From IMG/VR virus record IMGVR_UViG_3300031784_000003: DNA of 64,000 nucleotides. One strand, given 5' to 3'. Below are positions 10,752 to 21,213 of the stretch, in pieces. The notes beneath the pieces were generated by a model. That model did no database searches. It was given only the letters and a program-made list of their open reading frames with translations, and was not told where the DNA came from. Numbering within the stretch: position 1 is the stretch's first letter; each line of letters opens with the position of its first letter. The position numbers were made by a program, and so were the translations under genes. Source of the DNA: a virus (Duplodnaviria; Caudoviricetes).

Positions 10752-13652
10752 ATGGCAAAAATAAGTGGTAAAATAATAAATCCTATAAAAAGTGGTGGTG
10801 AGGTTATTAGAGAAATTGAGACACCTGTTGTTTTAAGAGTTGGTACAGACATTAACTATCAAGCATCATCTCTGTCTTCTTTTTTAGAAACCGAATCAGC
10901 ATTGTTTTTACCAACAAATTTATCTATGATAGATAATATTTTTGTATTATCTAAACCAGAAAAATATGGGCAGTCTATTTTTAGAGATAAATTAATTGAA
11001 AAAACTATTCCATTATATTTTTCTGGTAATAGTAGTGATAGTATTTTAACTACCCCAATAATACCTAATAATCAAATTAGATATATTGATGGGGGTAGAA
11101 AATATCAATTATTGGCTAGTAGGGGAGAAAGTTTACATATTGAAGTGGATATAAGTAATACTGAACCTTATATTCATGTGGAGAGGTCAGATTTTGATAG
11201 TTTTGATTTTCCTCAAATTACGATGAGATCTGTTCGTAAAATTCCTACATCTAGTGCGGAAACTTTATGTGGTCCTGTATCTTATACTGGGTATACATAT
11301 GATAGATTAAACTATAATTGGTTTTTTGGGCAAAATGTGGGTATAAGTTTTAACCCAATACAAAATGGTAATAATCCAATTACGATAAGTGGTGCGATGG
11401 TAACGCAGGAAGGATGCTCATCAATATCTAACGAAGAAGGTAAGTTATTGTTTTACACTAATGGTGAAACAGTATTTACTAGTGCTAATACTATTATGCT
11501 TAGTGGTGATAGTTTATCTAGTTCAGGAACATCAACACAATCGTCAATTATTGTCCCTAGACCGAATACGGATAAATATTATATATTTACTACTAACTAT
11601 AATGGTTTAACAAATGGGTTTAATTATTCTATAGTAGACATGAGTTTACAAAATGGTGACGGTCAAGTTACTACAAAAAATATACAACTAATTAGTAACC
11701 CTTTAACTGAAAAAGTTACTGCTTGTAGCCATAGTAATGGTGAAGATTATTGGGTAATAACACACACAAGTGGTGATAGTACATATTATAGTTATTACGT
11801 TTCGTCTATAGGTTTAACTGCACCAGTAACTACAAATATTGGTAGTGTTCACAATACTGTTAGGGGGTATATGAAAACATCTCCAGATGGTAATAAATTA
11901 ATTTCTTTACTATATGATGAAGACATTATAGATATTTTAGATTTTGAAAGTTCTGCAGGTACACTATCTAATTTGATTAGTATTACGGGAATGACATTTA
12001 ATGTTGGTCCGTATGGTTTAGAATTTTCTTCAGATTCGTCTAAGTTCTATGTTTCTGATGGTGCAGGCGAAAAAATCTACCAATTTGATTTATCATATAC
12101 ATCGGCAACGGAAATGGTTAATAATGTAATAGAGGTGGCAGATATTAGTGGGGCTACTTTAGGTGCATTACAAATGGGTCCTGATGAGAGAATTTATGTG
12201 GCAGATTATAATAGTGATAAATTACATATAATACATAGGCCAAATGGTTTAGGTGTTCAATGTAATTTTCAGGAAGATGGATTCACATTAACATCGTCTA
12301 CAGTGACAGGTACAACATCATTGTGGGGATTACCAAACGTCATCACTTCTAAAAGTATTTCTTGTGATAGATGTGTGTTTATAACCCCAAAAACTCAATC
12401 AGGTTTTCAGTTTGATTTATTGGTTAATAACATAAATGGAGTTATTGAAACAAATAAGTTATCGTATTATGGTGAGATTTATAAATACAATAGTAATACA
12501 CAAGTTTTTAATAATTCTGCATTGTATAATTTTTCACTACCATATGAAACTTTAACTGCAAATACAGGTAACACAATTTTTATACCTTCTTTGAACATAG
12601 GTGAAGGGGAATTTTTATTAAAATCTTATTGGAATTATGATGTCAATACACTTTTGGCTAAACAACAATTAGTAAGAAAGAATAGTTTAGACACATATAA
12701 AAGAGGTAATTTATATGGTATCTACTATCCTGAAACAGATTGGTATTTTATTAATATTTTTTCTGCGGATAAACCACTATTTAATAATAGTGTTGCACCA
12801 TCTCCACCATCTTTAAACACATTTACCGTTTCGACACAATTTACTAATTCAGGACAAACTGATTATTTTATAGATGGGTTATCTGACCCAATAGTAAGTT
12901 ATAATGGTTCTGTATTGGCAAAGGATATTGAGTATAGTGCTATAACAACAGGTGCAACACCATTTATAAGACTTTCATTTAGTCCATTAGATAATCAAAT
13001 ATTAACATACGCATTTATTTCAAACGGTAAAACAAATGATTTATTGGCAGACACATATCCGATAACGTCACCAATCAGTAGTGGGGTAACTCAATCTACG
13101 TCAGATAGAGTATTTTTTAATACAACTACTTTAAAATATGAATTTTATTTAACTAGTTCTCCAGCAACTGATGTAGTTTTATCTTTAAATGGATCAATTT
13201 TGTCTAAAGATATCGAATATTATAGATCAATTAGTGACAATAGAAGAATAATTTTAGAAAATAATTTAAATGTTGGAGATGTATTAGAGGCGTTTTATGT
13301 TCCTAACGCAGCGATTAATGGTGGAATAAGTACAAACACACCAATAATAAGTTGGTCAATAAATAGTGCACCATCTACCGAAATATATGGTCGTTTTACT
13401 GTTGAGATTACTTCTTCAACAGACATAGAGTTCCAAAGTGTCATATATAGTGAAATAGTAGACTATGAATTAAATCAAAAAACTTATAGTAAGATGATAA
13501 CGTTGACAAATGCGGTGGCAGGAGATAAATTTATATATAGAGTTAAAAATGAAAAATTTTATACACCAATTATAGGTGAAACTATTTATGATGTGTCATA
13601 TAGTGATGTAAATAAAATACAAATATTGACAAATGCTGGTAATGCATATTAA
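10752..13652 (+). CDS. Tail/receptor-binding protein with beta-propeller domain
   Basis: NWFFG..GISF, EGCSSISNEEGKLLFYTNG, SSTQSSIIVP and YWVITH motifs resemble the propeller of Bacteroidota T9SS/PKD surface proteins. Confidence 0.55.
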   Translation: MAKISGKIINPIKSGGEVIREIETPVVLRVGTDINYQASSLSSFLETESALFLPTNLSMIDNIFVLSKPEKYGQSIFRDKLIEKTIPLYFSGNSSDSILTTPIIPNNQIRYIDGGRKYQLLASRGESLHIEVDISNTEPYIHVERSDFDSFDFPQITMRSVRKIPTSSAETLCGPVSYTGYTYDRLNYNWFFGQNVGISFNPIQNGNNPITISGAMVTQEGCSSISNEEGKLLFYTNGETVFTSANTIMLSGDSLSSSGTSTQSSIIVPRPNTDKYYIFTTNYNGLTNGFNYSIVDMSLQNGDGQVTTKNIQLISNPLTEKVTACSHSNGEDYWVITHTSGDSTYYSYYVSSIGLTAPVTTNIGSVHNTVRGYMKTSPDGNKLISLLYDEDIIDILDFESSAGTLSNLISITGMTFNVGPYGLEFSSDSSKFYVSDGAGEKIYQFDLSYTSATEMVNNVIEVADISGATLGALQMGPDERIYVADYNSDKLHIIHRPNGLGVQCNFQEDGFTLTSSTVTGTTSLWGLPNVITSKSISCDRCVFITPKTQSGFQFDLLVNNINGVIETNKLSYYGEIYKYNSNTQVFNNSALYNFSLPYETLTANTGNTIFIPSLNIGEGEFLLKSYWNYDVNTLLAKQQLVRKNSLDTYKRGNLYGIYYPETDWYFINIFSADKPLFNNSVAPSPPSLNTFTVSTQFTNSGQTDYFIDGLSDPIVSYNGSVLAKDIEYSAITTGATPFIRLSFSPLDNQILTYAFISNGKTNDLLADTYPITSPISSGVTQSTSDRVFFNTTTLKYEFYLTSSPATDVVLSLNGSILSKDIEYYRSISDNRRIILENNLNVGDVLEAFYVPNAAINGGISTNTPIISWSINSAPSTEIYGRFTVEITSSTDIEFQSVIYSEIVDYELNQKTYSKMITLTNAVAGDKFIYRVKNEKFYTPIIGETIYDVSYSDVNKIQILTNAGNAY

Positions 13653-13691
13653 TAATTAAAAATTAGAATATTTATTTAAAAATAAAGGGAA

Positions 13692-15926
13692 ATGAGTTAC
13701 ATAAATAAACAAAGTACTACGTTAGTAAGAGTAAAACTAACAGATATAGGTAGAGAACAATTAGCAAAAGGACAATTAACCTTCACCAACTACATTATAG
13801 GTGATTCTGAGGTTGATTATAATTACGTAAAGGGTTGGAAAGAATTTGTCCCATCTGCTGGGGCAGCAACAGGACAATTTTATTTTACTAATCCTGATGG
13901 TAACATTCAAAAAAATATATTCTCTAAAGTACTGAGACCAAAAGATGATAATCCATTTTTCTCTACTTTTCTACTTAATCAAAGTAACCAGTTTTTATTT
14001 CCTTTAAATCAACAAAGTAATATACAATTAATTAAAGGTTTAGTGTCTAATAAGGCAGAAGATAGAGGTTTCTTTTCTGGATCAACAGTAGACACAGGAT
14101 TAATTGCTCAATCAGATACTAAATTTATAAAAGAGAGTGGTACTATAGATTTAGGTAAATTTAATGGTAATATTAATTTAAGTACATATACACAAGGGGT
14201 TTTAGTTTTAGATACTCCATTAACTGCAACTAGCGTAAACGATTATATAGTATTTAGATTTAGTAATCCAACATTAGGTAACGTTACTGGAGACACTATG
14301 ACTGCAGCGACAATAAATACTACTTATAGTATCACATATTTAAGTGGTTCGACAATAAGGGTAGATAGAACATTACCTACATTAAGTGCATACTCAGGCA
14401 CAATTATTAGTTATTATACAATACCTGGTGGTGATGATCCCACAGATAGTTATTATGGATTAAATTCACTTACTGCGTATTGGAATACAGGTACACTATC
14501 CTTCGAAAGTAGTTGTGATGTTTGTGTTGAGAACATACCTGTATGGAATATGAATAATGTTTGGACAGAAAACCCCGCAGGACTTTATAAAGATTCGCCA
14601 GTTAATTTTCACGAACATAATTTATTTGGTTCTGAAGAATACACTGGTACAAAACAATATTTAGGGTATAATGAAAATTTAGTTTGTGATACTAATGACG
14701 CTAATTCTATATGTGGTGTTAATGAGTCAATTAGTTATATTGACCCATATAGAAAATCTATTTCTATAATACATTATACGAATAGTTGTATTTCTAATTT
14801 TTATGGTGAACAATTTTACATTGATGCAGAAACTGGTAAACTTTTAAATTTAGATATACCTGTTATGTGGCATAGAAGAAATGATGTTGGTACATCAAGT
14901 GGTACGACATTAGGTATGAGATTTACATCTGATGGAGTTAAGAAAACATTGAGTTCTAATAATGATGTAGAATATTATGATTTAATAGAGTATAGTGGAA
15001 TGTCAGTTACACCTACACTACCTTTAGTAGTTGGTAAAGTTTTCCCTCAATTACAAATAGTTGTTATCGATAATGAGGAATTAATTGCGGCTATGTCATA
15101 TAGATCGAATAGAAATTATACATTACCTGATTTATCAGCGGAATTAATAACATCGGTTAGTGGTAATTGTACGGGAGTTCTTAAAGCTGGTGAGAGAATG
15201 TATTTAACTTATTGGTTAGAGAACGTAGGAACAGGTACGACTAATGTTACAACACCTATATTACCTTGCCAAAGATATTCGGTTATAGATAATAACACTA
15301 GTTCAGATAAAGACGTTCAGTTTAGAATTAACAATCTTGGTCAATTACCATATATGAGGAAAAAAGAAGATGCGTCTTATGACGGATATGGATTCTTTGC
15401 AGATACATTTAAAGTGTTGGCACAAGTGGTTAACCCAAATACTCAGTTAAGACCGATACCATCTAATTGGAAGGTTATGGACTTCACTAGTAATAAAATT
15501 ACAGTCAATAGTGGTGAAACAATTAGTCCATCATTATTAGAAAACCAAAATCCTAATATTACTGGATTTATTATGACAGGTTCACTTTATAGTGGGTCGT
15601 CTACATTTAATTTAGGTGCAGAATTGGATATGCCTAACGCTAGTTACTATGGTAGATTAAACTTTGGTAAAGAAAGATTATTCTATGGTAACCTTAGAAC
15701 ATATATAGGGGCAACAATATACAAGTCACTATTCAATATAAATGTTGATGGGGCAACTATATCATCTAGTAGTAATCCAACATATGAGTTTGGTTATGAC
15801 AGATATATAAGTGAGATTGGTATATTAGATAGTAGTCAAAATTTAGTTTTGGTGGGTAAATTATCCAGACCAATAAGATTGGCTGATTCTACAACCGCTT
15901 CAATAGAATTAACAATAGATTTTTAA
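13692..15926 (+). CDS. Tail-collar/fibre-attachment-like protein
   Basis: N-terminal VKLTDIGREQLAKG..YIIGDSEVDY and C-terminal ISEIGILD..LVLVGKL (DUF3751-like ends). Confidence 0.5.
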   Translation: MSYINKQSTTLVRVKLTDIGREQLAKGQLTFTNYIIGDSEVDYNYVKGWKEFVPSAGAATGQFYFTNPDGNIQKNIFSKVLRPKDDNPFFSTFLLNQSNQFLFPLNQQSNIQLIKGLVSNKAEDRGFFSGSTVDTGLIAQSDTKFIKESGTIDLGKFNGNINLSTYTQGVLVLDTPLTATSVNDYIVFRFSNPTLGNVTGDTMTAATINTTYSITYLSGSTIRVDRTLPTLSAYSGTIISYYTIPGGDDPTDSYYGLNSLTAYWNTGTLSFESSCDVCVENIPVWNMNNVWTENPAGLYKDSPVNFHEHNLFGSEEYTGTKQYLGYNENLVCDTNDANSICGVNESISYIDPYRKSISIIHYTNSCISNFYGEQFYIDAETGKLLNLDIPVMWHRRNDVGTSSGTTLGMRFTSDGVKKTLSSNNDVEYYDLIEYSGMSVTPTLPLVVGKVFPQLQIVVIDNEELIAAMSYRSNRNYTLPDLSAELITSVSGNCTGVLKAGERMYLTYWLENVGTGTTNVTTPILPCQRYSVIDNNTSSDKDVQFRINNLGQLPYMRKKEDASYDGYGFFADTFKVLAQVVNPNTQLRPIPSNWKVMDFTSNKITVNSGETISPSLLENQNPNITGFIMTGSLYSGSSTFNLGAELDMPNASYYGRLNFGKERLFYGNLRTYIGATIYKSLFNINVDGATISSSSNPTYEFGYDRYISEIGILDSSQNLVLVGKLSRPIRLADSTTASIELTIDF

Positions 15927-15936
15927 ATATAAAAAA

Positions 15937-17232
15937 ATGGGATTTATAAATAGTGCAACAACAGTATCAATTAGAGCTAGATTAACTAATCTTGGAAGAG
16001 AAAGATTATTGACTGGTAATAATACAATATTCTCTCACTTTATTTTAGGTGATTCAGATGCAAATTACAATACAGAAACTCCATTACCTACTGGTAGAAT
16101 ACCTGTTGATAGTGGGGATTTAGGTAATGATAACGGAACAAACGATAATATTTCCGCAAATGTAGACATTAATAGTAAATTATTTGTCACTGTTGCACCT
16201 ATTATTAAGAAAACTGTTGAACCTAATTCATCTTCGGTAAGTTTGATTGTTAGTGAAATAGGTGAGACTACATTAACTGGTTCTAATTTAACGTATTTAC
16301 AAATGGATAAAACTAATACGACTAATATAAACACAAACTATTTTAAATCTTTATCCTTACCAATAAAATTAGATACGGTTAACATTTTTACAGGAACTAC
16401 ATCACAAAATGGTGGTTGGTCAGATACACCTTTTAGTGGATTAGGTGTGACAAAAGTGTTGATGGGTATTATTGATAATAGTAAATATGGTGAGATAATA
16501 GATGGTAAAAGTGTTAAAATTAATTTACCTGTTTATACTGGATTTACTAGTGGTGGGGTAGGTACAGGAATAACTACTTATAATATTTATAGTACATTTC
16601 CTAGAACAACTATTTCTAAGACAGAATTAGATAATCATTATATTGATGAGAGTAGTTATCCACAGTCTTTATTTGGTAGAAAAATTAATGTATCTTATTT
16701 AGTTTCCGATCAAATAAAAAAACCAAATAACGATTCAACAAAAAGTTGGTCGACAGGGTATGATACATTTAAACCATTTAGTTTAAATTCTAAGGAATTA
16801 ATTAATGTTCAAACAGTATCATCTACAGGTATTAACGCTGATGAAATAGTGGGTGTTATTTATTTAGATAAAGGTATTTTTGCGATAACTAATCAAACAA
16901 TAGTTAATAATATTGCAACTAATTTTAGTGGTGATACAGACACAAATACTATAAATACTGGTTTAAATCTTTACTATTATAGTGCGAGTACTTATAATAC
17001 GGTAATCGATAGTGTACAAAAAGATTTAGTTCAGAATATTGTTTGTATCGCAGCAAGAGGTGAGTTTTACAATTCACAAAATGAAACATTAACAGTTTAT
17101 GATGATGTTAGAATTAGTGAAGTGGCAATAACAGATACCGCAGGAAATATTTTAGCGATAGGTAAAACAGATAGACATATTGTGAAAAAGAAAAATGATT
17201 TTGTAGTATTCGATGTACAAATTATAATATAA
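15937..17232 (+). CDS. Tail-collar/fibre-attachment-like protein, paralog of 13692..15926
   Basis: ARLTNLGRERLLTG..FILGDSDANY and ISEVAITD..ILAIGK match the same two motifs. Confidence 0.5.
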   Translation: MGFINSATTVSIRARLTNLGRERLLTGNNTIFSHFILGDSDANYNTETPLPTGRIPVDSGDLGNDNGTNDNISANVDINSKLFVTVAPIIKKTVEPNSSSVSLIVSEIGETTLTGSNLTYLQMDKTNTTNINTNYFKSLSLPIKLDTVNIFTGTTSQNGGWSDTPFSGLGVTKVLMGIIDNSKYGEIIDGKSVKINLPVYTGFTSGGVGTGITTYNIYSTFPRTTISKTELDNHYIDESSYPQSLFGRKINVSYLVSDQIKKPNNDSTKSWSTGYDTFKPFSLNSKELINVQTVSSTGINADEIVGVIYLDKGIFAITNQTIVNNIATNFSGDTDTNTINTGLNLYYYSASTYNTVIDSVQKDLVQNIVCIAARGEFYNSQNETLTVYDDVRISEVAITDTAGNILAIGKTDRHIVKKKNDFVVFDVQIII

Positions 17233-17252
17233 CATTTTTTATTAAAGTTTTT

Positions 17253-17885
17253 ATGAGTAGAATATTAGGGTTGGATGTTTCCACCAAAACAATAGGTATA
17301 TCTCTTTTTGAAGATAATGGGGATAATGGTAGGTTACAATTATTAACACACATTACACCTAAAGTTAAACCAAAACCTACTGATAGTATTGAATTACTAA
17401 TTAAAAAAGCACAAATATTTCAGTTTGATTTTTTGGAAAAATATAGTGATATTGATATTAGTAGAGTTATCATTGAAGAACCTTTATTACAATCTAATAA
17501 TGTTAATACTGTTTCTACTCTATTAAGATTTAATGGTATGATATGTCGATCAGTGTATGAAGTTTTAAATATTGTGCCAGAATTTATATCATCTTATGAC
17601 GCTAGAAAATTTGCGTTTCCTGATTTAATGCAGATTAGAACTCACAATAAAAAAGGTGAACCATATAGTGATAAAGAAGTTGATAAGAAACAACCTGTAT
17701 TGTTTGGTTCATATCCTTGGGATATAGATAAAAAAGTAGTTGTTTGGGAAAAAGTTAACGAAAGAGAACCTCAAATAGTATGGATGTATGATAAACATCA
17801 AAAGTTGGCTAAAGAAAATTATGATATGACAGATGCTTACGCTTGTGTTTTAGGACAAATGAGAAAAGAAGGTAAGTGGAAATAA
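17253..17885 (+). CDS. RuvC-like Holliday junction resolvase
   Basis: ILGLDVSTKTIG, VIIEEP and C-terminal D..DA acidic motifs of the RNase H fold. Confidence 0.8.
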   Translation: MSRILGLDVSTKTIGISLFEDNGDNGRLQLLTHITPKVKPKPTDSIELLIKKAQIFQFDFLEKYSDIDISRVIIEEPLLQSNNVNTVSTLLRFNGMICRSVYEVLNIVPEFISSYDARKFAFPDLMQIRTHNKKGEPYSDKEVDKKQPVLFGSYPWDIDKKVVVWEKVNEREPQIVWMYDKHQKLAKENYDMTDAYACVLGQMRKEGKWK

Positions 17886-17913
17886 TATCGTTTATTTTAC
17901 TGATAATTTGAAG

Positions 17914-17941
17914 TATCGTCTTTTTAGGCGATATTTTTTTT
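17914..17941 (+). terminator. Intrinsic terminator
   Basis: TATCGTCT-tttt-AGGCGATA followed by a T8 tract. Confidence 0.75.
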
Positions 17942-17975
17942 GCGTATTAAAAAAATATTATTACATTTGTAATCG

Positions 17976-18932
17976 ATGTCTGAAATAATTGTAGAAATAT
18001 TAGAAGGTATTTTGGGGCAACCCAGAAAACATTATAAAGATAAATCACAAATATCTTTTGATTGTCCTGTCTGCTCATACGATATAAAAGGTTTAGAAAA
18101 GGGTGACGGTAAAGGTAATTTAGAAATTAATTATGAAAGTAACGTCTATAAATGTTGGGCTTGTTCCGAAACAAATAATACACATGGTTCAGTCTATAAA
18201 TTAGTTAAACAATACGGTACCAAATCGGATCTTAAAAAATATAAATTAGTTACACCTGAGTTAGTAGATAATTTTAAAAAGGAAGTTGAGGTAAAAACTT
18301 TAGAAGGTTTACCTAAAGAATTTATACCTTTATCTGTTGAATCTTTCACTACCGCATATAAAAAGTCTATGGAGTATCTTAAAAAGAGGAATATCGGTAT
18401 AGACATTATTGAAAAATATAATATAGGTTATTGTGAAACTGGTGAATATGCGGGTAGGGTAATATTCCCTTCTTATGATATTCATAATGATATTAATTAC
18501 TTTTTAGGTAGGAGTTATGATAAATATAGTAAACTAAAGTATAAGAATCCTGATATACCTAAATCTGAAATTATATTTAATGAGAATAAAATTGTATGGG
18601 ATTCTAATATCTATATAGTAGAGGGTGTATTCGATCACATAGTAGTCCCTAATAGTATACCAATGTTAGGTAAAGTGATGAGTGAAAACTTATTCAGTAA
18701 ATTAGTAAGGAAGGCGGAGTGTAAAGTTATTATTTTATTAGATTCGGATGCCTATAACGATTCAATCAAACTATACAAAAAATTAAATTCTACTAAATTA
18801 ATGGGTAGAGTTATGATTATAAAATTACCAGAAGGTTATGATATATCTGATGTTAATCAGAGGTTAGGTAAAAAAGGTGTTATAGATGTATTAAGTACTG
18901 CAAAAAAGATAAAAGAAAGTTTGTTATATTAA
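17976..18932 (+). CDS. DnaG-type DNA primase
   Basis: Zn finger CPVC..CWAC; TOPRIM motifs YIVEGVFD and LLDSDA. Confidence 0.85.
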   Translation: MSEIIVEILEGILGQPRKHYKDKSQISFDCPVCSYDIKGLEKGDGKGNLEINYESNVYKCWACSETNNTHGSVYKLVKQYGTKSDLKKYKLVTPELVDNFKKEVEVKTLEGLPKEFIPLSVESFTTAYKKSMEYLKKRNIGIDIIEKYNIGYCETGEYAGRVIFPSYDIHNDINYFLGRSYDKYSKLKYKNPDIPKSEIIFNENKIVWDSNIYIVEGVFDHIVVPNSIPMLGKVMSENLFSKLVRKAECKVIILLDSDAYNDSIKLYKKLNSTKLMGRVMIIKLPEGYDISDVNQRLGKKGVIDVLSTAKKIKESLLY

Positions 18933-18968
18933 TATATTTGCATATATTTGTTTTTAAAATTAATAATT

Positions 18969-19232
18969 ATGAAAAAGGGTGGTTTTAAAAGTAATTTTTT
19001 TATTTTTTTAAGAAAAATAAAGTTAATTCCTAAAAAACAAATGGAATTAAAACCTATGAAAGTTAGGACTGTTGTTGGTTATGATGACATATATACTGAT
19101 TTAGAGGTTCAAAGACATGTCTTTATAATTAATAAACTAAGTGTTAGAAAAGGATGTAAGTTTAATCCAGACACAAAAAGTTGTGTTTGTGGTGCAAATC
19201 TCGATGAATTTTTAACTAAAAAATATTGTTAG
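18969..19232 (+). CDS. Hypothetical protein
   Basis: ORF with in-frame ATG at 18969; C-terminal C..C.C cluster. Confidence 0.5.
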   Translation: MKKGGFKSNFFIFLRKIKLIPKKQMELKPMKVRTVVGYDDIYTDLEVQRHVFIINKLSVRKGCKFNPDTKSCVCGANLDEFLTKKYC

Positions 19233-19233
19233 T

Positions 19234-19611
19234 ATGTTATTATTTCTAGACGATAAGAGAGTCCCTTATGATGTTTTTAGGGACACAATAAATCCGTTGT
19301 ATGAGAAAAATGATGATTGGGTTATTGTACGTAATTATTATGAGTTTATAAATGTCATACAAAGAGTTGGTGTCCCTAAATTTATTTCATTTGATCACGA
19401 TTTAGATTATGATCATTATTTAATGGAAAACCAAAAGGATATAAACTATGATGGTTTAAATAGTAAAACAGGATACGATGCAGCTATTTGGTTGTGTAAA
19501 TATTGTTTAACTAACGATTTAGAATTACCTGAATATTATGTTCATTCGGCAAACTTAGAAGGTAAAAAGAATATTGTGGATTACTTAGAGACTTTTAGTA
19601 AATATGTTTAA
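19234..19611 (+). CDS. Cyclic-phosphate-processing receiver-like domain protein
   Basis: LFLDDKR.P, ISFDHDL, TGYDAAIWL and VHSAN motifs; paralog at 63208. Confidence 0.75.
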   Translation: MLLFLDDKRVPYDVFRDTINPLYEKNDDWVIVRNYYEFINVIQRVGVPKFISFDHDLDYDHYLMENQKDINYDGLNSKTGYDAAIWLCKYCLTNDLELPEYYVHSANLEGKKNIVDYLETFSKYV

Positions 19612-20180
19612 AATTTTTTAGTGTCTTTAACAAAGGCTCTTATTTTAACCTTATTCCAATTCTTTAAATCTTCACCGTTATCCCCTAATAGTAATATAGA
19701 CATAGTACGATGCCAACCTTCTATAAGTTCATATTTACCTTTAGGGTTTCTTACTACTATAATAGGCTCGTTCATACCACTAGATTTGGCGAGCCTTTTT
19801 TGTGTTCTCATTCTTTCTTCATCATTTGGGACTAGATAAGAATCTATGTTACCAAAATCTCTTTCTAAAAATGCGTTAACAGTATTATCATCAAAATCTT
19901 CTGGATTAACAGTTAACACTTCTAATTTCCAAGGACCTTTTAGGAAATTATCCCAATACCCCCCCTCAAATCTTGATAAAAATAAAATTGGATCACCATA
20001 ATAGTTATTTTTTATATCTTTAACATTTTGTCTAATAACGTTATTAAAAATGTCTTTTAATACATATTCAGGTGTATTTTTATAATAATTTTTTATTTTT
20101 TCGTATGTTTTTTTTTCTATGGTAGGTTCATATTCACCATAGATAGGTATCGATTCTTTTATAATATTTAAAAATTTCAT
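19608..20180 (-). CDS. ParB/Srx-like domain protein, possible internal head protein
   Basis: EPIIVV..YELIEGWHR motif; N-terminal MKFLNIIKES leader. Confidence 0.6.
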   Translation of the reverse strand: MKFLNIIKESIPIYGEYEPTIEKKTYEKIKNYYKNTPEYVLKDIFNNVIRQNVKDIKNNYYGDPILFLSRFEGGYWDNFLKGPWKLEVLTVNPEDFDDNTVNAFLERDFGNIDSYLVPNDEERMRTQKRLAKSSGMNEPIIVVRNPKGKYELIEGWHRTMSILLLGDNGEDLKNWNKVKIRAFVKDTKKF

Positions 20181-20701
20181 AATTGATATGTGTTTGAAAT
20201 TATTTTACCAGCAACTGTAAGTGCACACCAGTGGTTTGGGCAATCTGTACTTCTACCTGCCACATTTTTACCTGTACAATCATTCAGACCACCTAAAACA
20301 TTTATTCTCGGAACACCATTCGAAACGGCATCGTCTACAGATTTTTTAGTACTTTTTTCACAACTATAAGGTTCTACAATATACATTTTGTTTAGATTTC
20401 CACCATTTTCCTTTAAAAAAGATGAATAATCTTTTGAATAATGCCCTCCTCTACTAAATAAAACTAAAATTGTGTTGGGGTATGTTGAAATAGAATTTTT
20501 TATCTCAGACATACTGTCCCATGCGTGAGCAATTACGTTAAAATACCCTTTACCCAAACCTCTCTCCAAAAGAGACTTTTGTTCTTCCACCCCTTTATAT
20601 TTACCATCATATAATCCACTAACTAAAATAACTGTAGGTGAAGTATTCGTATCTAAATTTTCTATTTCTTCCTTTATTATTTTTTTTATTAATTCTTTCA
20701 T
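20177..20701 (-). CDS. Alpha/beta-hydrolase-like protein, possible internal head protein
   Basis: VILVSG, LFSRGG nucleophile-elbow-like motif, C-terminal HW; MKELIKKIIKEE leader. Confidence 0.45.
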   Translation of the reverse strand: MKELIKKIIKEEIENLDTNTSPTVILVSGLYDGKYKGVEEQKSLLERGLGKGYFNVIAHAWDSMSEIKNSISTYPNTILVLFSRGGHYSKDYSSFLKENGGNLNKMYIVEPYSCEKSTKKSVDDAVSNGVPRINVLGGLNDCTGKNVAGRSTDCPNHWCALTVAGKIISNTYQL

Positions 20702-20722
20702 ATTATGAATAAGTTTATATGA

Positions 20723-21157
20723 TTAATCAATTTTTGTTATATCTACCTCATGATCCCAAGTGTCATGAATATCTGTTTTTACATCGTCTTCATCGATTTG
20801 AAATTCATGTATCATATATTCTAATATGATTGGTAGATAAGTGTCATGTATAAACTCCTCTTCAAAATGAACTGTGGCATAATAACTTTTATTTCCCCTA
20901 TATTTATTTTTTATTGGTATTATTACATCATTTTCACTAAAACTACTTAAATTACCATTTAAATTTTTTAATGTTTCATAAAAAGAGGCATATATAAAAT
21001 CTACTTCATCCGCATCACTAATACCTAAATCATTTTGAATAAAATAGAATACTTCTTCATATACCATTTTATTTGTGTAAAAGTCATGTACGGAATATGT
21101 TTGGTTAAATTCAGAAAACAATAGTTTAATGAATCTATATAGAATTTTTTTGTTCAT
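20723..21157 (-). CDS. Hypothetical protein
   Basis: Likely start MNKKIL at 21157, downstream of a minus-strand ATATTTAT motif. Confidence 0.55.
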   Translation of the reverse strand: MNKKILYRFIKLLFSEFNQTYSVHDFYTNKMVYEEVFYFIQNDLGISDADEVDFIYASFYETLKNLNGNLSSFSENDVIIPIKNKYRGNKSYYATVHFEEEFIHDTYLPIILEYMIHEFQIDEDDVKTDIHDTWDHEVDITKID

Positions 21158-21213
21158 AGTTTGTTTTCCAATAAAAAAATCATTATAATTATTATTTATA
21201 AATATAATCAAAT

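Noticed and set aside
2448-17232. Diversity-generating retroelement acting on tail genes
   Set aside because: No reverse transcriptase and no TR/VR pair differing at adenines was seen.
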